Assembly: GCF_024521635.1 (NCBI RefSeq)
Contig: NW_026250404.1
Location: 1,612,001 to 1,676,000 of the forward strand
Reading direction: 5' to 3'
Origin: Tricharina praecox
Lineage: Eukaryota
DNA: 64,000 nt
The first letter of the stretch is position 1; the number at the start of each line of letters is the position of its first letter. Made by a program: the position numbers and the translations under genes. The notes beneath the pieces are model-generated. The model was not told the DNA's origin, made no database searches, and saw only the letters and a list, made by a program, of their open reading frames with translations. Of this stretch, positions 45,201 to 57,331 are shown piece after piece.

Positions 45201-47987
45201 GCGGTCGGTGATGGATATGACGGGTAATGGTGGGATTCATGGCCATAATATAGTAGTGCAATGAGCAAAAATGATTGGATGTTTCGATGAATAGCAGAGT
45301 CTCCAAAGGTCTTTGAAGTTTGGAGTGCGATCACTCGTGATGACGTCGACGCGCTATGTACAGTGCCCACTCGGTAAAAAGCGGCGAGACGGATGCGGGG
45401 AATTGGAATTCTAGAACAAAATACCATGCACGCACGCATGACGGCGGGCATGATAAGCGAAGGTGACGAGACGTGCACAATTCCGGCGGCGAATTTGCGG
45501 CGACGACAACGCGGGGATGCATACCGGCGGCGATGGAGAGCGTACACACCGTACTATGTATTCTGCGTTTCACCACGCTGCCAGTAACTGTGAAAGTACC
45601 CAAGACGCCTGTGCAGCAGATGCATGTGATCCCCACGCTCTAGAACATCAGGATCGTTCTGACGATCGATCGTTTGGAGGGGTGTGCAGTGGGACTGTGG
45701 AGTGCGCGCAGTGGGTGGATGAGTCCGACACGTCATGAACCGTTCCTCTTCCCTTCCTTCTCCCTTCCTTCTGCCTTCCTTCTCATTTCCTTCTTCCTTC
45801 CTTCTTCTTCCCTTCCTCCTCGCTGGCGATGCTGCCGGTGATGAGTTGCTTTTGCCACGATCTAGAGCGTCCTCGCTAGCCAGTGCACTGTGCCAGTAGA
45901 GTGCTGAATGTCCGTGGTGAGATGAAACAATGCGGCATGGCGATGTCATAATTGCCGCTCCTTTCTTGAAACAAAAGGTAGTCCGTGCGCTAGGCGTGCT
46001 GCGTGCGTTGTTCTGGAAAGAAGACCGAAGGGAAAGAAGGAAAGAAAGAAACAAGCAAACCCACGCCAATCTCGCCAATCGAGAGCGAAGTTCCACCCCG
46101 CCTTCCACGGAGGTCCATGGGTGGGCTATGGGTGGATACGAAGGGGAATTGATGCTGCGGGCAGATGAACTCGTGAAATGAACTGGACTGAACTGAACTG
46201 AACCGGGCCAGCTGAGCCACGGAGGGTCCAACCCAATCCACTGCGCTTGCTGTTTTCCTCCTCCTCCTCGTCCTCTCTCCCGAGACATCAACGGACCAAC
46301 ACAATCCTCCCCCATTACCTACTACTTTACCGTACTATATACCCACATCGCTGCTACTGCTGCTGCATACCTCCTCACCCGCCGCCCCCTCCGGTCTCCA
46401 GTGCTCGTGTAGCTACAGTACAAGTATCCCACCTCCGCCCTTTATCCCCGAAATCTCCACCCCCTCGCTTCTCCTCCTCATTCTCCGCTTCCACTCGCCC
46501 GCCGCCGCCCACCATCCGCCACCCGCCCCGTTTCATCGCCCCCGTTTCCACCATCTCGCTTCCTCATCCCCCCCGTCCCCGCCTCCACCACCCCGCCCCG
46601 CCCCTCCTCGTCCGCCCAATCAGCCAGAATACATACCATCCCTGCCCTCGTCTCTTCCTTGCATCATTACACTTTCTACCGTCCAGTGCCTCGCAGCGCA
46701 GCCAACGACAGCAGCAATCCAGCCATCCAGCAATCCAACCAGCCAGCCAACCCGCGCCTAGGCTGCTCTACCTTACCTCGCTCTCCGATTAACCAGTGTG
46801 TGCTAGTAGAGTGCATAGACTGTTTCGCTGCTTCGCTGCTTGTGCTGCTCCACCACCACCACCCTATCCAACCCCTCCCCTCCTTACCCTACCACCCATA
46901 ACTACATCCGTCCCAGCGACGACCACCCACACCCCAACCCATCAACGAAGCTCGAATCCCTTTCCCGAAACACCCGAGAGCATCAACTCCCGCGATTCAT
47001 TCATACCATTCATACCAATCTGAGGTAGCAAACTCATCATCCTGAGCGAAGGAAGAAGACGACGGACACTGGCAACCGGAGCATACCTATCCCGTACGTC
47101 ATCCCTTGATAACCGCTTTCCCGCTTGTTGACAGCTGCAAACCGTCTGTGGCGGCTGCCTGCTGTATCCTGCATAACTTATGCCTGACTGAAAGTGGGGG
47201 AGGGAACATTCTAGTTCGGGTCTATTCCCCGTCTGACTCTGCTTTCTCCACACATCGTCCTACCAGCAACCCTTATTGCTCCTACCTCCTCCTCCTCCTT
47301 CATTCCTTCACGCAGCAACAACAGCAGCGGGAACTTCTTCAGAGCTCGAGGGATTGGTGCTTGCATTCTTTACTTCCTTGAGCGGCATCGCGCAGGTCAG
47401 CTATAGCTGTCTTCGTGTTTGCTCTCCCAGACGGACAAAGGAACCGACAACCTTTATCGCACTCCCACCTACCCGCCACTAAAATAAGAATACGCGGGAA
47501 GCTTGCAGCAAGAGTCCACAGCTGCTGGCAATCACCATCTGATCTTCGGGAACGACGGAATTCTCGGATACCAGCTTTCTCTTTTGTTTCCCATCGGCAG
47601 CAGCAAACTGGTGGGTTCTAGTCATCCATTCCTCTGTTGGTTGCTGCTGCTGCACGTGCGCTCTGACTGTAATTCTGACTCGCCTTCTGCTGAGCAGATT
47701 GATCCTTCGGCTAGCTGATTTCTTTGCACACGAAACATCGACCCAGCGGATATATCTACACGTATGTTCCTGTTGATTCTTCCTACTCCCCACCGAGTGG
47801 TGGTGATATTGCATGCACGGTAGCAATGGTTCTAAAGTTGAGTCTCACACCTAGGTCACTACCAATTGCCTCAGAGCCGCACCTGTCGCCATCCCTCTCG
47901 GCATCGTCGTCATCTCTGCACGACTTAACTTGGGTCCGAACACAAAGCCTCCCACCTTACCTCTTCGGCGCAGAAGAACTAGCAACC

Positions 47988-49481
47988 ATGTCTCTTCCGG
48001 CAGCATACCTCCAAGAGATCGATATCCTCAACCAGAGGATATCCCAAGCACAACCGGCGGATATCGTACAGTTCTGTGCAAACTACTTCAATGGTCGCCT
48101 CGAGTCTGAGCGCGTGGAGCATCTCTCCGCTACCATGTCCAATCCATTCGCAACAGTGGGCTCCGATACCTTCCCCGGCACATTCGGCGGAGTAAGCAGC
48201 TCAGGAGGATTCGACGGTGCTCGGGATGCCATCACCGAAGAAGAGGAAGATGTGCACAGTCCCACAACACCCAATTTCAGGCCACAGTTCAGCCCGCAGT
48301 TCAGCATGGGCGGATCTGGCGGCAGCGGTGGAGGCGGTGGCGGTGGTGGAACTGGGCGTCGCGATCATTCCCCTTCTTCCGGCGGAAGAGCCAATTCGCG
48401 TGGTCCTCCTCGTGCTGCTGGATCTTCGTTCCTCGCCCCTTCGCTCAATGCCCACCTCTCGCCGAATGCTGGACAGGATTTCCCCTCCAACTACAACAGA
48501 AACCGCCGAACCTCTGTGTCCGCCGAATCATTAATCCCAAATGCGTCGAATGACGAGTGGTCGCCACCGGTGCACGCCAAAACGCCCGACCAGTTGGCCC
48601 GTCTGAAAGTATCTGTTTCTGGTAACTTCCTGTTCACCCACCTGGACGAAGAGCAGTTCTCTCAGATTCTGCTTGCCTTGGTTGAGAAGCCCATCCCCAA
48701 CAAGGACATGCGCGTCATTACCCAGGGTGACGTCGGAGATTACTTTTACATTGTTGAGAGGGGCGACTTCGACATCTACGTCAACTCGATGGGACGGATG
48801 ATGCCCGGTCCCGACGGGTTGGGAAAGAAGGTCAACTCGATTGGACCCGGCGGTTCGTTCGGTGAGCTGGCGTTGATGTACAATGCTCCCCGTGCGGCCA
48901 CTGTTGTCTCGACGACTCCTCAGAACATTCTCTGGGCCCTTGATCGAGTCACCTTCCGACGCATCCTGATGGAGAACACCTTCAAAAGACGACGGATGTA
49001 TGAGGCCTTCCTCGAGGAGGTTCCCCTGTTGTCGCCGCTCGTGGCCTCGGAACGCTCCAAGATCGCTGATTCCCTCGACACCGATACTTACGAGCCGGGG
49101 GCGACCATCATCAAGGAAGGTGATCCTGGCGACCGGTTCTACTTCATCGAGCAGGGTGTTGCCGAGGTCTACAAGAGCACGGTTCCCGGTGGTGGCTACG
49201 TCCGCACCTTGAACAAGGGAGATTACTTCGGAGAGCTAGCGCTGTTGAACGACGCCCCGCGAGCTGCCAGCATCGTGGCCAAGACCAAGGTCAAGGTGGC
49301 ATACCTGGGCAAAGCAGGGTTCCAACGATTACTCGGACCTGTGGCGGACATCATGAGGAGGAACGACCCTCGGCTAGGCGAGAGTGTCGACCCGCTATCC
49401 GGTGGTGCTCCCGGAGGACTCGACGGCGCGGTTGATCCCATCCAGGAGGCGGCCGGCAGGGGAAGGCCAGTGGAGGTATAG
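47988..49481 (+). CDS. BCY1: cAMP-dependent protein kinase regulatory subunit; intronless CDS
   Basis: D/D domain (QPADIVQFCANYF), inhibitor site RRTSVSAES, and two CNB domains (FGELALMYNAPRAAT, FGELALLNDAPRAAS). Confidence 0.96.
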   Translation: MSLPAAYLQEIDILNQRISQAQPADIVQFCANYFNGRLESERVEHLSATMSNPFATVGSDTFPGTFGGVSSSGGFDGARDAITEEEEDVHSPTTPNFRPQFSPQFSMGGSGGSGGGGGGGGTGRRDHSPSSGGRANSRGPPRAAGSSFLAPSLNAHLSPNAGQDFPSNYNRNRRTSVSAESLIPNASNDEWSPPVHAKTPDQLARLKVSVSGNFLFTHLDEEQFSQILLALVEKPIPNKDMRVITQGDVGDYFYIVERGDFDIYVNSMGRMMPGPDGLGKKVNSIGPGGSFGELALMYNAPRAATVVSTTPQNILWALDRVTFRRILMENTFKRRRMYEAFLEEVPLLSPLVASERSKIADSLDTDTYEPGATIIKEGDPGDRFYFIEQGVAEVYKSTVPGGGYVRTLNKGDYFGELALLNDAPRAASIVAKTKVKVAYLGKAGFQRLLGPVADIMRRNDPRLGESVDPLSGGAPGGLDGAVDPIQEAAGRGRPVEV

Positions 49482-49756
49482 ATGAAGGGGGCTATGTGTC
49501 TGTACGTTCGGGGCGGTTCTTTCGTTTTGATTGTCAGCAATGGTGTTTAGTAAAAGTCTGTTTCCGGGGACCGCGTTGCTGCTGCTCCGACGGGCTTTTG
49601 TGGGGTTTTCGGTAGTTCTGCGTTTTTCGGTTTTTTGTGTTTTCCGCCTTTTTTTTTCTTCTTTATTTCTTTCATTGTTCTTCTTGGACTCGGTATTGAA
49701 TCGTTTGATGAGGAGGGAAATGGGAGTGCGCGGAGGGGCTCCTATGTACTGTGTTT

Positions 49757-49804
49757 ATCACAGGCAAGGGAAAGCGGACAATCACAGGCAAGGGAAAGCG
49801 GACA
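49757..49804. repeat. Perfect 24-bp tandem duplication downstream of PKA-R
   Basis: ATCACAGGCAAGGGAAAGCGGACA twice (49757-49780 and 49781-49804). Confidence 0.9.
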
Positions 49805-50148
49805 AGTTTAAGAGTTTGCTCGAGGGCAAGCAAATGGGGGCTTCTTTGTGTGTGTCGGAGTGGAGTGTATTCGAGGCAATCTTTTTTTTCTTTCTTTTTC
49901 TTTTCCTAATCTTTTTTTCCTTTCCTTCCCTGCCCGTTTCCATTAGTGTTTGTTCCTTTCCATTATTCTAGAACTTTCACGGTGGGCCCTGGGGGGGCGA
50001 TGGTTTAGGGGGTGGGGGGGAGAGGTGTAAGTATGCTACAATGGAGCGAAATCATAGAATATGTAGTCGTTGTTCACCATCGCAATAGTTGATGTTGATT
50101 GTGTCCCATCCATCCATCCATTCTATCATACACCGCCCATCCATCCAA

Positions 50149-50867
50149 CTACCTAGCCCCCGCCCTCTGCCTCTCCAATATATCCCTCCTGACCCCCTCT
50201 GTAGCCAGCTCCACCTCCAGCACGCGTCCCACGGCCTTCTTCCAGCGCACCTCGAGCCGGCCCATCTCGTCGCGCACATCGACCTGCGCCCCCTTGCGCT
50301 CCTTGTTGCACACCTCCGCCTCCGTGCGCAGCGCCATAAGCGATTCCTCGAGCTGCCGCAGCAGCTCCTCCAGCTGCGAGTTGTGCAGCAGCCACGCGTT
50401 CCGTCCGTACGAAGAGAGGAGCGAGAGGTTCGTTAGGCGCGTTGAGAGGTGGGTCGAGGATGTGTACGCTGCGGAGAGGGCGGAGGTGGAGGGGGTGCTG
50501 GTGCTGGGGGAGTCGGGGGTGAAGGTGGATGGGTCGTAGCGTGAAAGGTCGACGCCGTTTTCGAGCGGGAGACCGGATGCCACGCGGCTGAGCTCGAGGG
50601 TCATCGCGGGCGTGAAGGTGCTGGGTAGGAGTGTGGGGAGGGACGGGTGCGGTGTGGACGTGGAGGACGAGGCGAGGGCAGAGGTTATTAACGACGTGAT
50701 CTGGGCCAGCTCGGAGGCGGTTGGGGCGGGCTCGATGTCTAGTTTTGTATTAGCAACGCGAAGGGAAGGGAAGGGGGGTGAAGGGGTGGAGGGTGGAGGG
50801 GAATGGAGGGGGGGAGGGGAGAGCAAGTACAGGGCAGGGAGTCGTGCGAGGCGATTATGAGCGGCAT
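50149..50867 (-). CDS. SPF27: Pre-mRNA splicing factor Spf27/BCAS2 (Cwf7); 1 intron
   Basis: MPLIIASHDSLPYIE, GVDLSRY, RLTNLSLLSSYGRNAWLLHNSQLE, NKERKGAQ and LEVRWKKAVGRVLEVELA. Confidence 0.88.
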
Positions 50868-51289
50868 CGTGGGGTTCGTGGGGGTGGTTCGTGGGTGGTT
50901 CGTGGCGGTGAGCTGTAGATGGAGTATCTACGGGACGGGAAGACGCGTGCAGTTGATGGTTGCTTCCTGTGTTCGCCACGCCAAGAGCGCGTTGGCCGTT
51001 CGGCTATCTAACTAAACTAGTTTCGGCCTTCAGCCTTGCGCCCGCTTCGTTGGGTTGGGTTGGGGCCAGCCCAGACCGTCCATACACGGGCATGTAGCAT
51101 AGAGTACTTAGCGATGACGGGGTGTCTTGTCTCGGTGTGAAGTCCCTCCGTCTCAGCTTCTCAGCCCCAAGCTTTGGTCTGGATATTTTTTACATATATA
51201 TAACAATGGGCGTGCTCGTTATCGGGGAATGGAACTGCTGCTGCCGATATCATACACTTCGAACTATTTAGGTACGCAGTTGACACGAG

Positions 51290-53204
51290 ATGTTTCCAAC
51301 CGCACACCCCACCGCCGCGGGCAGCACCTGGGGAAACGATGCAAGCAGTGTGCGCATGACAGCGTCATCACCAAATCCGCTGGTTATACTTGGGCGTCAG
51401 TCTCGGTTCTCCCAGGAAGGAGATGGGAAGGTGAGTTGCTTCCAAATTCCAATTTGAATATCTACGAGCCGGGCTGACGAACTCAGCCACAGAAACCCTC
51501 GGCACCGAAGGTAGTGCACAGCATCAAGATCCAGAAGAAGGGGGCCGCAACGTACACCACCGTCCCCTCCGGTTCGGTCCGGACATGGGACGCCCTCCTG
51601 TCAAAACTACGCACGCTGCACGGCACTTCGGAAACCCCGTCGATCGTGACGTACTCGGGGGACCTACTTCAAGACGCCTCCTCGTACTCCCATGCATTGC
51701 AGCAGCAACAGGGCGGCTGCCTCCACCTGATAATCTCGTACCCGTCAGACCTCTCCTTGCTCGCCGTGGCGTTCAGCACGCTCCTGGGGCGCCCGCCATT
51801 ACCGGCCGAAGACGCGGCGCTCGTCGCCGCGTACACCCCCGCGCCGCAGAGTAGATTCGAGGGAGGTGAGCCCTGCAACTTCCGCCTCCGGCCGCCAAGG
51901 CTGCTGTTTTTCACACAGGAGCACATACGTTGTCACGTCACTATGGAGAACGCGGGACTGCCGGTCCTGTGTGATTTCTCGAGGTGGAAAAGGGATGTGG
52001 TGGATAAGGGGAAGGTGCCGGCGGGGGTGTCGGAGAGTTCGACTCCATACTCGGCGCCGGGTGCGGCCGCGGTGGCGTTTGGTCAGGAGTACGGGCACAG
52101 CGGTGGTGGGGAGAACTATGCCGGATATACTACACCGACCACGGCGACGGCCGAGAAGGTGCTGCAGCTGGCGAGCTGGCAGTTCTGGGCGGCGTGCGGG
52201 CAGTCGCAGGTGCTATCCACGGTCAGCGCGGAGTTCACCGCGTCGCCGAGTGGATACGAGCACCTTCCGGCAGTGCTGACGGACGAAGTGTCGTTGGCGA
52301 CGTCGACATCGCACCAGTGGGCGATCTACCCTGACCCCTCCGAGGGAGTAGAGCTGGTCGATGAGAAGGACCTGCCGCGCACAAGCCAGATCCGTGTCTA
52401 TGCTAGCCACGATAGGAAGAATGATCCCGACCTCGAGCAGCGTGAGAGCCAGGGCTGGTGGATGGCGAATACGAAGATGATCCCGGCCGGGTTTGCGGGA
52501 AGAGAGGGAGAGAGGTCGTTCCTGTGCGAGGGACTGCCGCAGACGAAGGTCTTCCTGGAGGGATTCCTCGGCGCCTGCGGGCTGCACGGCGCTGAGAGAA
52601 ACGTAGGCCCCCCCGCTGCCCCCTTCCAAAATCCCCAAACAGCCCGACTAACCCCCAAACCTACCAGGACTTCATCACCCACTGGCTCTACACCATCTGC
52701 CTGTCCTTCCCGCCATCTTCATCCTCGTCACCAGAGTCGCACCTGATCCTTATCAAGTTCCTCACGCCGCGCGAGCTGCGGGTGCTACTCCCGCTACGTA
52801 TCAATCCCGTCCCGCACCGGCTCATACGGATCTTCGCCGTGCTCCGCGTTGTGACGCGGCTGCAGCTCCTGCGAGAGGGGATACTCGCCCAGGGCGATTT
52901 TGCGAGGGAGGTCGAGATCGTGCGTGATGCCTATGGCGCGGGGGGGAGCGAGGCGAGGGAAGGGAGGGACGGGAGGGAGAGGGAGGGGTTGACGGTCGTC
53001 GAGGTTGGGGGCGCGTTGCTGCTGGATCTGCAAGAGAGCGGGAAAGGGAGCGGGAGCGGGAAAGGGAGTACTGCGGGCGGGAGTAGGGAGGATACTCCGG
53101 CGCTGGTCGCGGATGCGTTTAGTGAGGCCACGCAGAGTCCGAGTAGGGAGGTGACGCCAGGGCTGCTGCTGGGCGATGAGGGAATGGTTGAGTGGAGGGC
53201 GTGA
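51290..53204 (+). CDS. Putative ubiquitin-like domain fused to an uncharacterised 'KPVIYLY...VVEWGG'-type domain; 2 introns
   Basis: Ubl-like SIKIQK...YSGDLLQD...LHLII. Then RPPRLLFF, FLEGFLGACGLHGAERN|DFITHWL, LRINPVPHRLIRIFAVL and LTVVEVGG. The start codon is uncertain. Confidence 0.55.
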
Positions 53205-54915
53205 TGGTATATCCAAACCTGGCCTGGCATACTGGCACAATACTAAATGACTTCAAATGATGTACCATCAATCGTGACCATCGTCGAAGTTCCATCCTCA
53301 CGACGTATATATCGGCCAGCCATTCCTTTCACAACACCTCGACTATGGGTATCAGCCCTCGGCGGCATATCATTCCAAGTTCCAAGCATCCATCACACGG
53401 TGCTCTGGGATCAGTGCTAAAGGTGTGGGCAGCACGGGGGGGTGCAGGTGGCAGGCGTGTTTGATAGTTTGAGAGAGGAAAGTCTTCAACTGACAACATG
53501 TCGGGGTGGCTGTTGTCGCGGCGGCGTCGAGTGGATCATGGGCTATCACTTGGTTGATTATCGTTTTTTTTGTGGTGAGTATCTAGACGACTACAAAATT
53601 CCGGGCTTTGGGGACAACGTTACAAAAAGCGGTTGGGTGGGGGCTATCGTGGCTGGTGAAAAGGGTTGACTCTTGCTTTATTACATGCCAGTTTCAGTGA
53701 ATTCCAGCTATTCCAGCTAGGTATTGCTCAAGAGTCGAGTCGAGTCGTTGCGACCCAGCACCTATTCAGGGCCATTTGGAACTTTGGATGCCAGAATCTA
53801 GAGGGTAGTTTCCAAGTGACGTAGCCCAGGAAGGGAAACGGCGCAAATGCAGGATGATGGAGAAGTTGAGGTTCTATTCAACTTCGAAGAGCCATCTTAT
53901 CTAGCCACTCGCCAATCTAGTCAACTCCCATTCTCGTTCAGCTTGCTCTACCGAGTGGGTCGCAGAGCCCACGAGGCGGTAAACTCTAAGTTAATTGATT
54001 ACCCTTTATTGAAACTGCCGTGAGTCATTGTACGTGCAGCTTGGGGCTCTGTGAGACCTCACAGGCTCCACAGTGGGGATCTACCGGTAGTAATCATGAT
54101 TCATACATGCAGTGCTTTGGCCATCACTCTTACTTATGGCACTTACGGTAGGTACTTATCGATCAGGCAGCCATCCGATCCGGGAGATCACAGTGTACTC
54201 CTCTGGCACCGTCATGGTACCGGTATGTAACCCGAGATAAGCCAGCGGCCAACCTCGTGGACCGCTGAGCATTGAGCACTGCGAATAGGTAGCTCCAACG
54301 TCCATTGTCGAGCCGTACGTGCCGTGTAACTTCAAACTTTTTGTGTGGTTTGCAGCCCGTGACGTACAGTAGAGTAGGCTCGCCGGGTTACATGGCAGCC
54401 AGCCAGCAGCCGTACGCCCGTAGTGTCTACTCAACCCAGCCCCGATCTCGAAAGCTATCCAACAGCGGCGAAGCGGGACACATTGATGTCCGGCGGGGCC
54501 TGCAGTTGGCCCGTGCCTAGCCCTACGATTACTTACTAGTAGGTATGACCAGATGCTTGCTGCACATCTCTCCGCCCCGCGCGCTATTTACCACCACCAC
54601 CTCTAAGTCTCCGACTGTCAGTGTCACTGCATTGTCCCCCCCCCCCCCCCCCACCTTGCAGGCTCCCGGGACTCCTGATCGTAAAAACCAGGCACGCTGC
54701 GTTCGATTGGGCGGATCCGCGACGGTACGGCGCACATAATCCAGACATCTTGTGCCGCCTTGGTTAGCGGGGTGCGAGCTGCGGCGGCGACCGGCAGAGT
54801 ATATAAACACTACTGGCAGCCCCAGCCATCTCCCAGTCGCTGGCTGCTCAACATTGGTTGTTCGACTCCTGCTACCAACCACGGTTACAGTCACAGTCAC
54901 TTCACCGCGTGCGCA

Positions 54916-57331
54916 ATGGCAGACAAAAAGAAGACCGTGGCTATCATTGGTAACTATCCACCCACCTAGCTACCTAGCTACCCCACCTTCAAACCCCGGT
55001 CAGCGTGTGAGTGAGTATCGGTACATACAGCTAACCCATCCCTCGTGCACACAGGTGGCGGCCCCTCGGGCCTAACCACAGCCAAGTCGATGCTCACAGC
55101 GGGGCTCTTACCCACAGTCTTCGAGGCGCGGCAGAACCCTGGCGGACTGTGGGCGCCGCGGGAGGCCGGTCTAGAGGGCACGCAACTCAACCCGGAGATG
55201 CGGACGAACGCCTCGCTCGCCTGCAATATGTTCTCGGACTGGTTTCCGTATGGGGAGGAGAAGGTGCTGGGTCACTCCGAGGCGGGGCTGGTGGCGGAGT
55301 ATTTGAACAGTTATGCGCAGAGGTTTCTGGGCGGTGGACAATTGAGGTTGGGGTGTGAGGTGGTTGAGGTCGTGCCCGTGGGCCCAAGGGAGGAGTGTGA
55401 GTGGCGTGTGGTGTTTAGGGATGCGGAGGGAGGGGAGGAAGAGGAGACGTTCGATTTCTTGGTGGTCGCGAGCGGTGCTCAGTCGCAACTGTATATTCCG
55501 CACCTCGAAGATCTAGCAAACTTCCCGGGGAAGGCGATCCACAGCTACAATTACGTGGCGGAGGAGATGTTTCCGGCGAACGACGGCGACAGAACCAGAA
55601 GGATTCTGGTTGTTGGGGGATTGCTGTCTGGGGCCGAGATTCCGGCGGAGCTCGCTCTGAGGGTCTCGTCGCTTCCGGAAGAAAGACGCGACAAGGTCGA
55701 GATCCTACATCTTTTCTCGCAGCCTTTCTGGATCCTCCCCAGGCTCTTACCGTTCACGAATGAAAAGGATCCTCAGGCGCCCAGGTGAATGAGAACTCGC
55801 ACCCTCTGAGACCGTGCTGTACTAACTGATGATCAGAGTGCTCCCGCTTGATCAAGTCTTTTTCACTGCCGATGCCGTCATGGGTGCGTCTCCTTCAGAG
55901 AGCCCAGAGGAGAAGAACACCCGGCTCAACGGCCTCCTAAAGGCGTTGATGGGGTCAGACCAAGGTGATATCGGCCCAGAGTATCAAATCGACGACCACT
56001 GGAGCACGAAGACTCCGGGGATCGGTATGTCAGAGTCCTACCACCGGTTTGTCAAAAGCGGTGCTATCAAGCCGATTGTCGGGCGATACGAGGGCATTAC
56101 GGACACCGGCGCTGTACGTGTCTCGCCCGTCCCGAATAGCACCCACAGTACGGACCGCACACTGGAGGGTATCGACACCATCATCTTTGCTACTGGATAT
56201 ACGCCCTGGCCCGCTTTGCGGAAGTTCTTTGCACCCGAGATGTTGCAAAAGATGGGGGTATCGCCGGAGACGGTAAACCCTCACGCCAACTTGCTGTTCT
56301 CGCGCATGCACAAACAGGTCATGCACCCAGAGCTCGGCCGCACGATTGGGTTTGTTGGCCTTCAGATGAGGCCATACTGGGGGCTCAGCGAGATACAAGG
56401 TCGATGGCTGGCCAACATGTTTTCTGGCAAGCTGGACTGGCCGACAGATGAAGAAATAGCGGATTATCGCAAAGGAGTCGATCATCTGGTGAGTATCGGG
56501 AAATTAAACGACGCTCTCTTGCTCAACAGCCAAGGTGGGTATCTCGAGGTGATCGGCGATATCTCGAGGATTTTGGGTATCGATCCATTCACCCCCGCGG
56601 CATCTGTAACATATACCCCGAAATCCTTCATGCCGGCATACTACCCACCTTTTGGAACGGCAGAAACCAACGACGATGCCACGAAAGCAATCCGTAGTCT
56701 TTCGCTCGGTGTCGTCAACAATTCGTTCTCACCCGCGTTCGTTTCCAAAGTAGTCTTTGCGGAGCTGCAGGGCAAGTGGAAACTCACCAGAAACCTTGCA
56801 TCGAAACTTCCGGGATATCCAGAGGGCGAGTTTGTGGGACTGGCCGAGTTCCATCCGCGCATTAGATCATTCACTGCTTTCCACACGGGCGAAGGACAGT
56901 GGACGGCCGGGCCCGCCAAAGCCTCGTACCTGTCTCTCGGGCGCGATGTCCCCGAATATCTGTACTCAGAGGAAGGCGACCTCACCACCAAGAGTGGCCT
57001 GGTCTTCCACGGCAAGCGCAAATACATCTACCACTACGACGACGCCGCCGGTGCGATCACGGCGTGGTTCGTCAAGCTGGACGGCAGCAGCGTCGACAAC
57101 TTCTTCCACCACCTCGATTTCACAAAGACGCCCGAGAAGCTGGGCTCGCCCGGTGTCGAGGGCGACGGCGGCTGGAAGGCTGCCGGGGAACATCTGTGCT
57201 CCAAGGATTGGTACTGGCCCGCGTACCGCTTCGTCTTCCGCGGCGCGAGGCTCGAGAGGTTCTGGATTCGCTACAAAGTGCTGGGGCCCAGCAAAGATTA
57301 TATCTCCGAGGCCATGTATGTGAGGGCGTGA
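54916..57331 (+). CDS. Flavin-containing monooxygenase (FMO-like) with C-terminal DUF6314-like domain; 2 introns
   Basis: FAD motif VAIIGGGPSG, GGLW, FMO motif FPGKAIHSYNY, VVGGLLSGAEI and IIFATGY. C-terminal GKWKLTRNL, YLYSEEG, HLCSKDWY and VLGPSKDY. Confidence 0.85.

Noticed and set aside
44051..57331. Secondary-metabolite cluster around the SDR and FMO
   Set aside because: No PKS, NRPS or terpene synthase, transporter or cluster regulator; the two genes are separated by PKA-R and SPF27.
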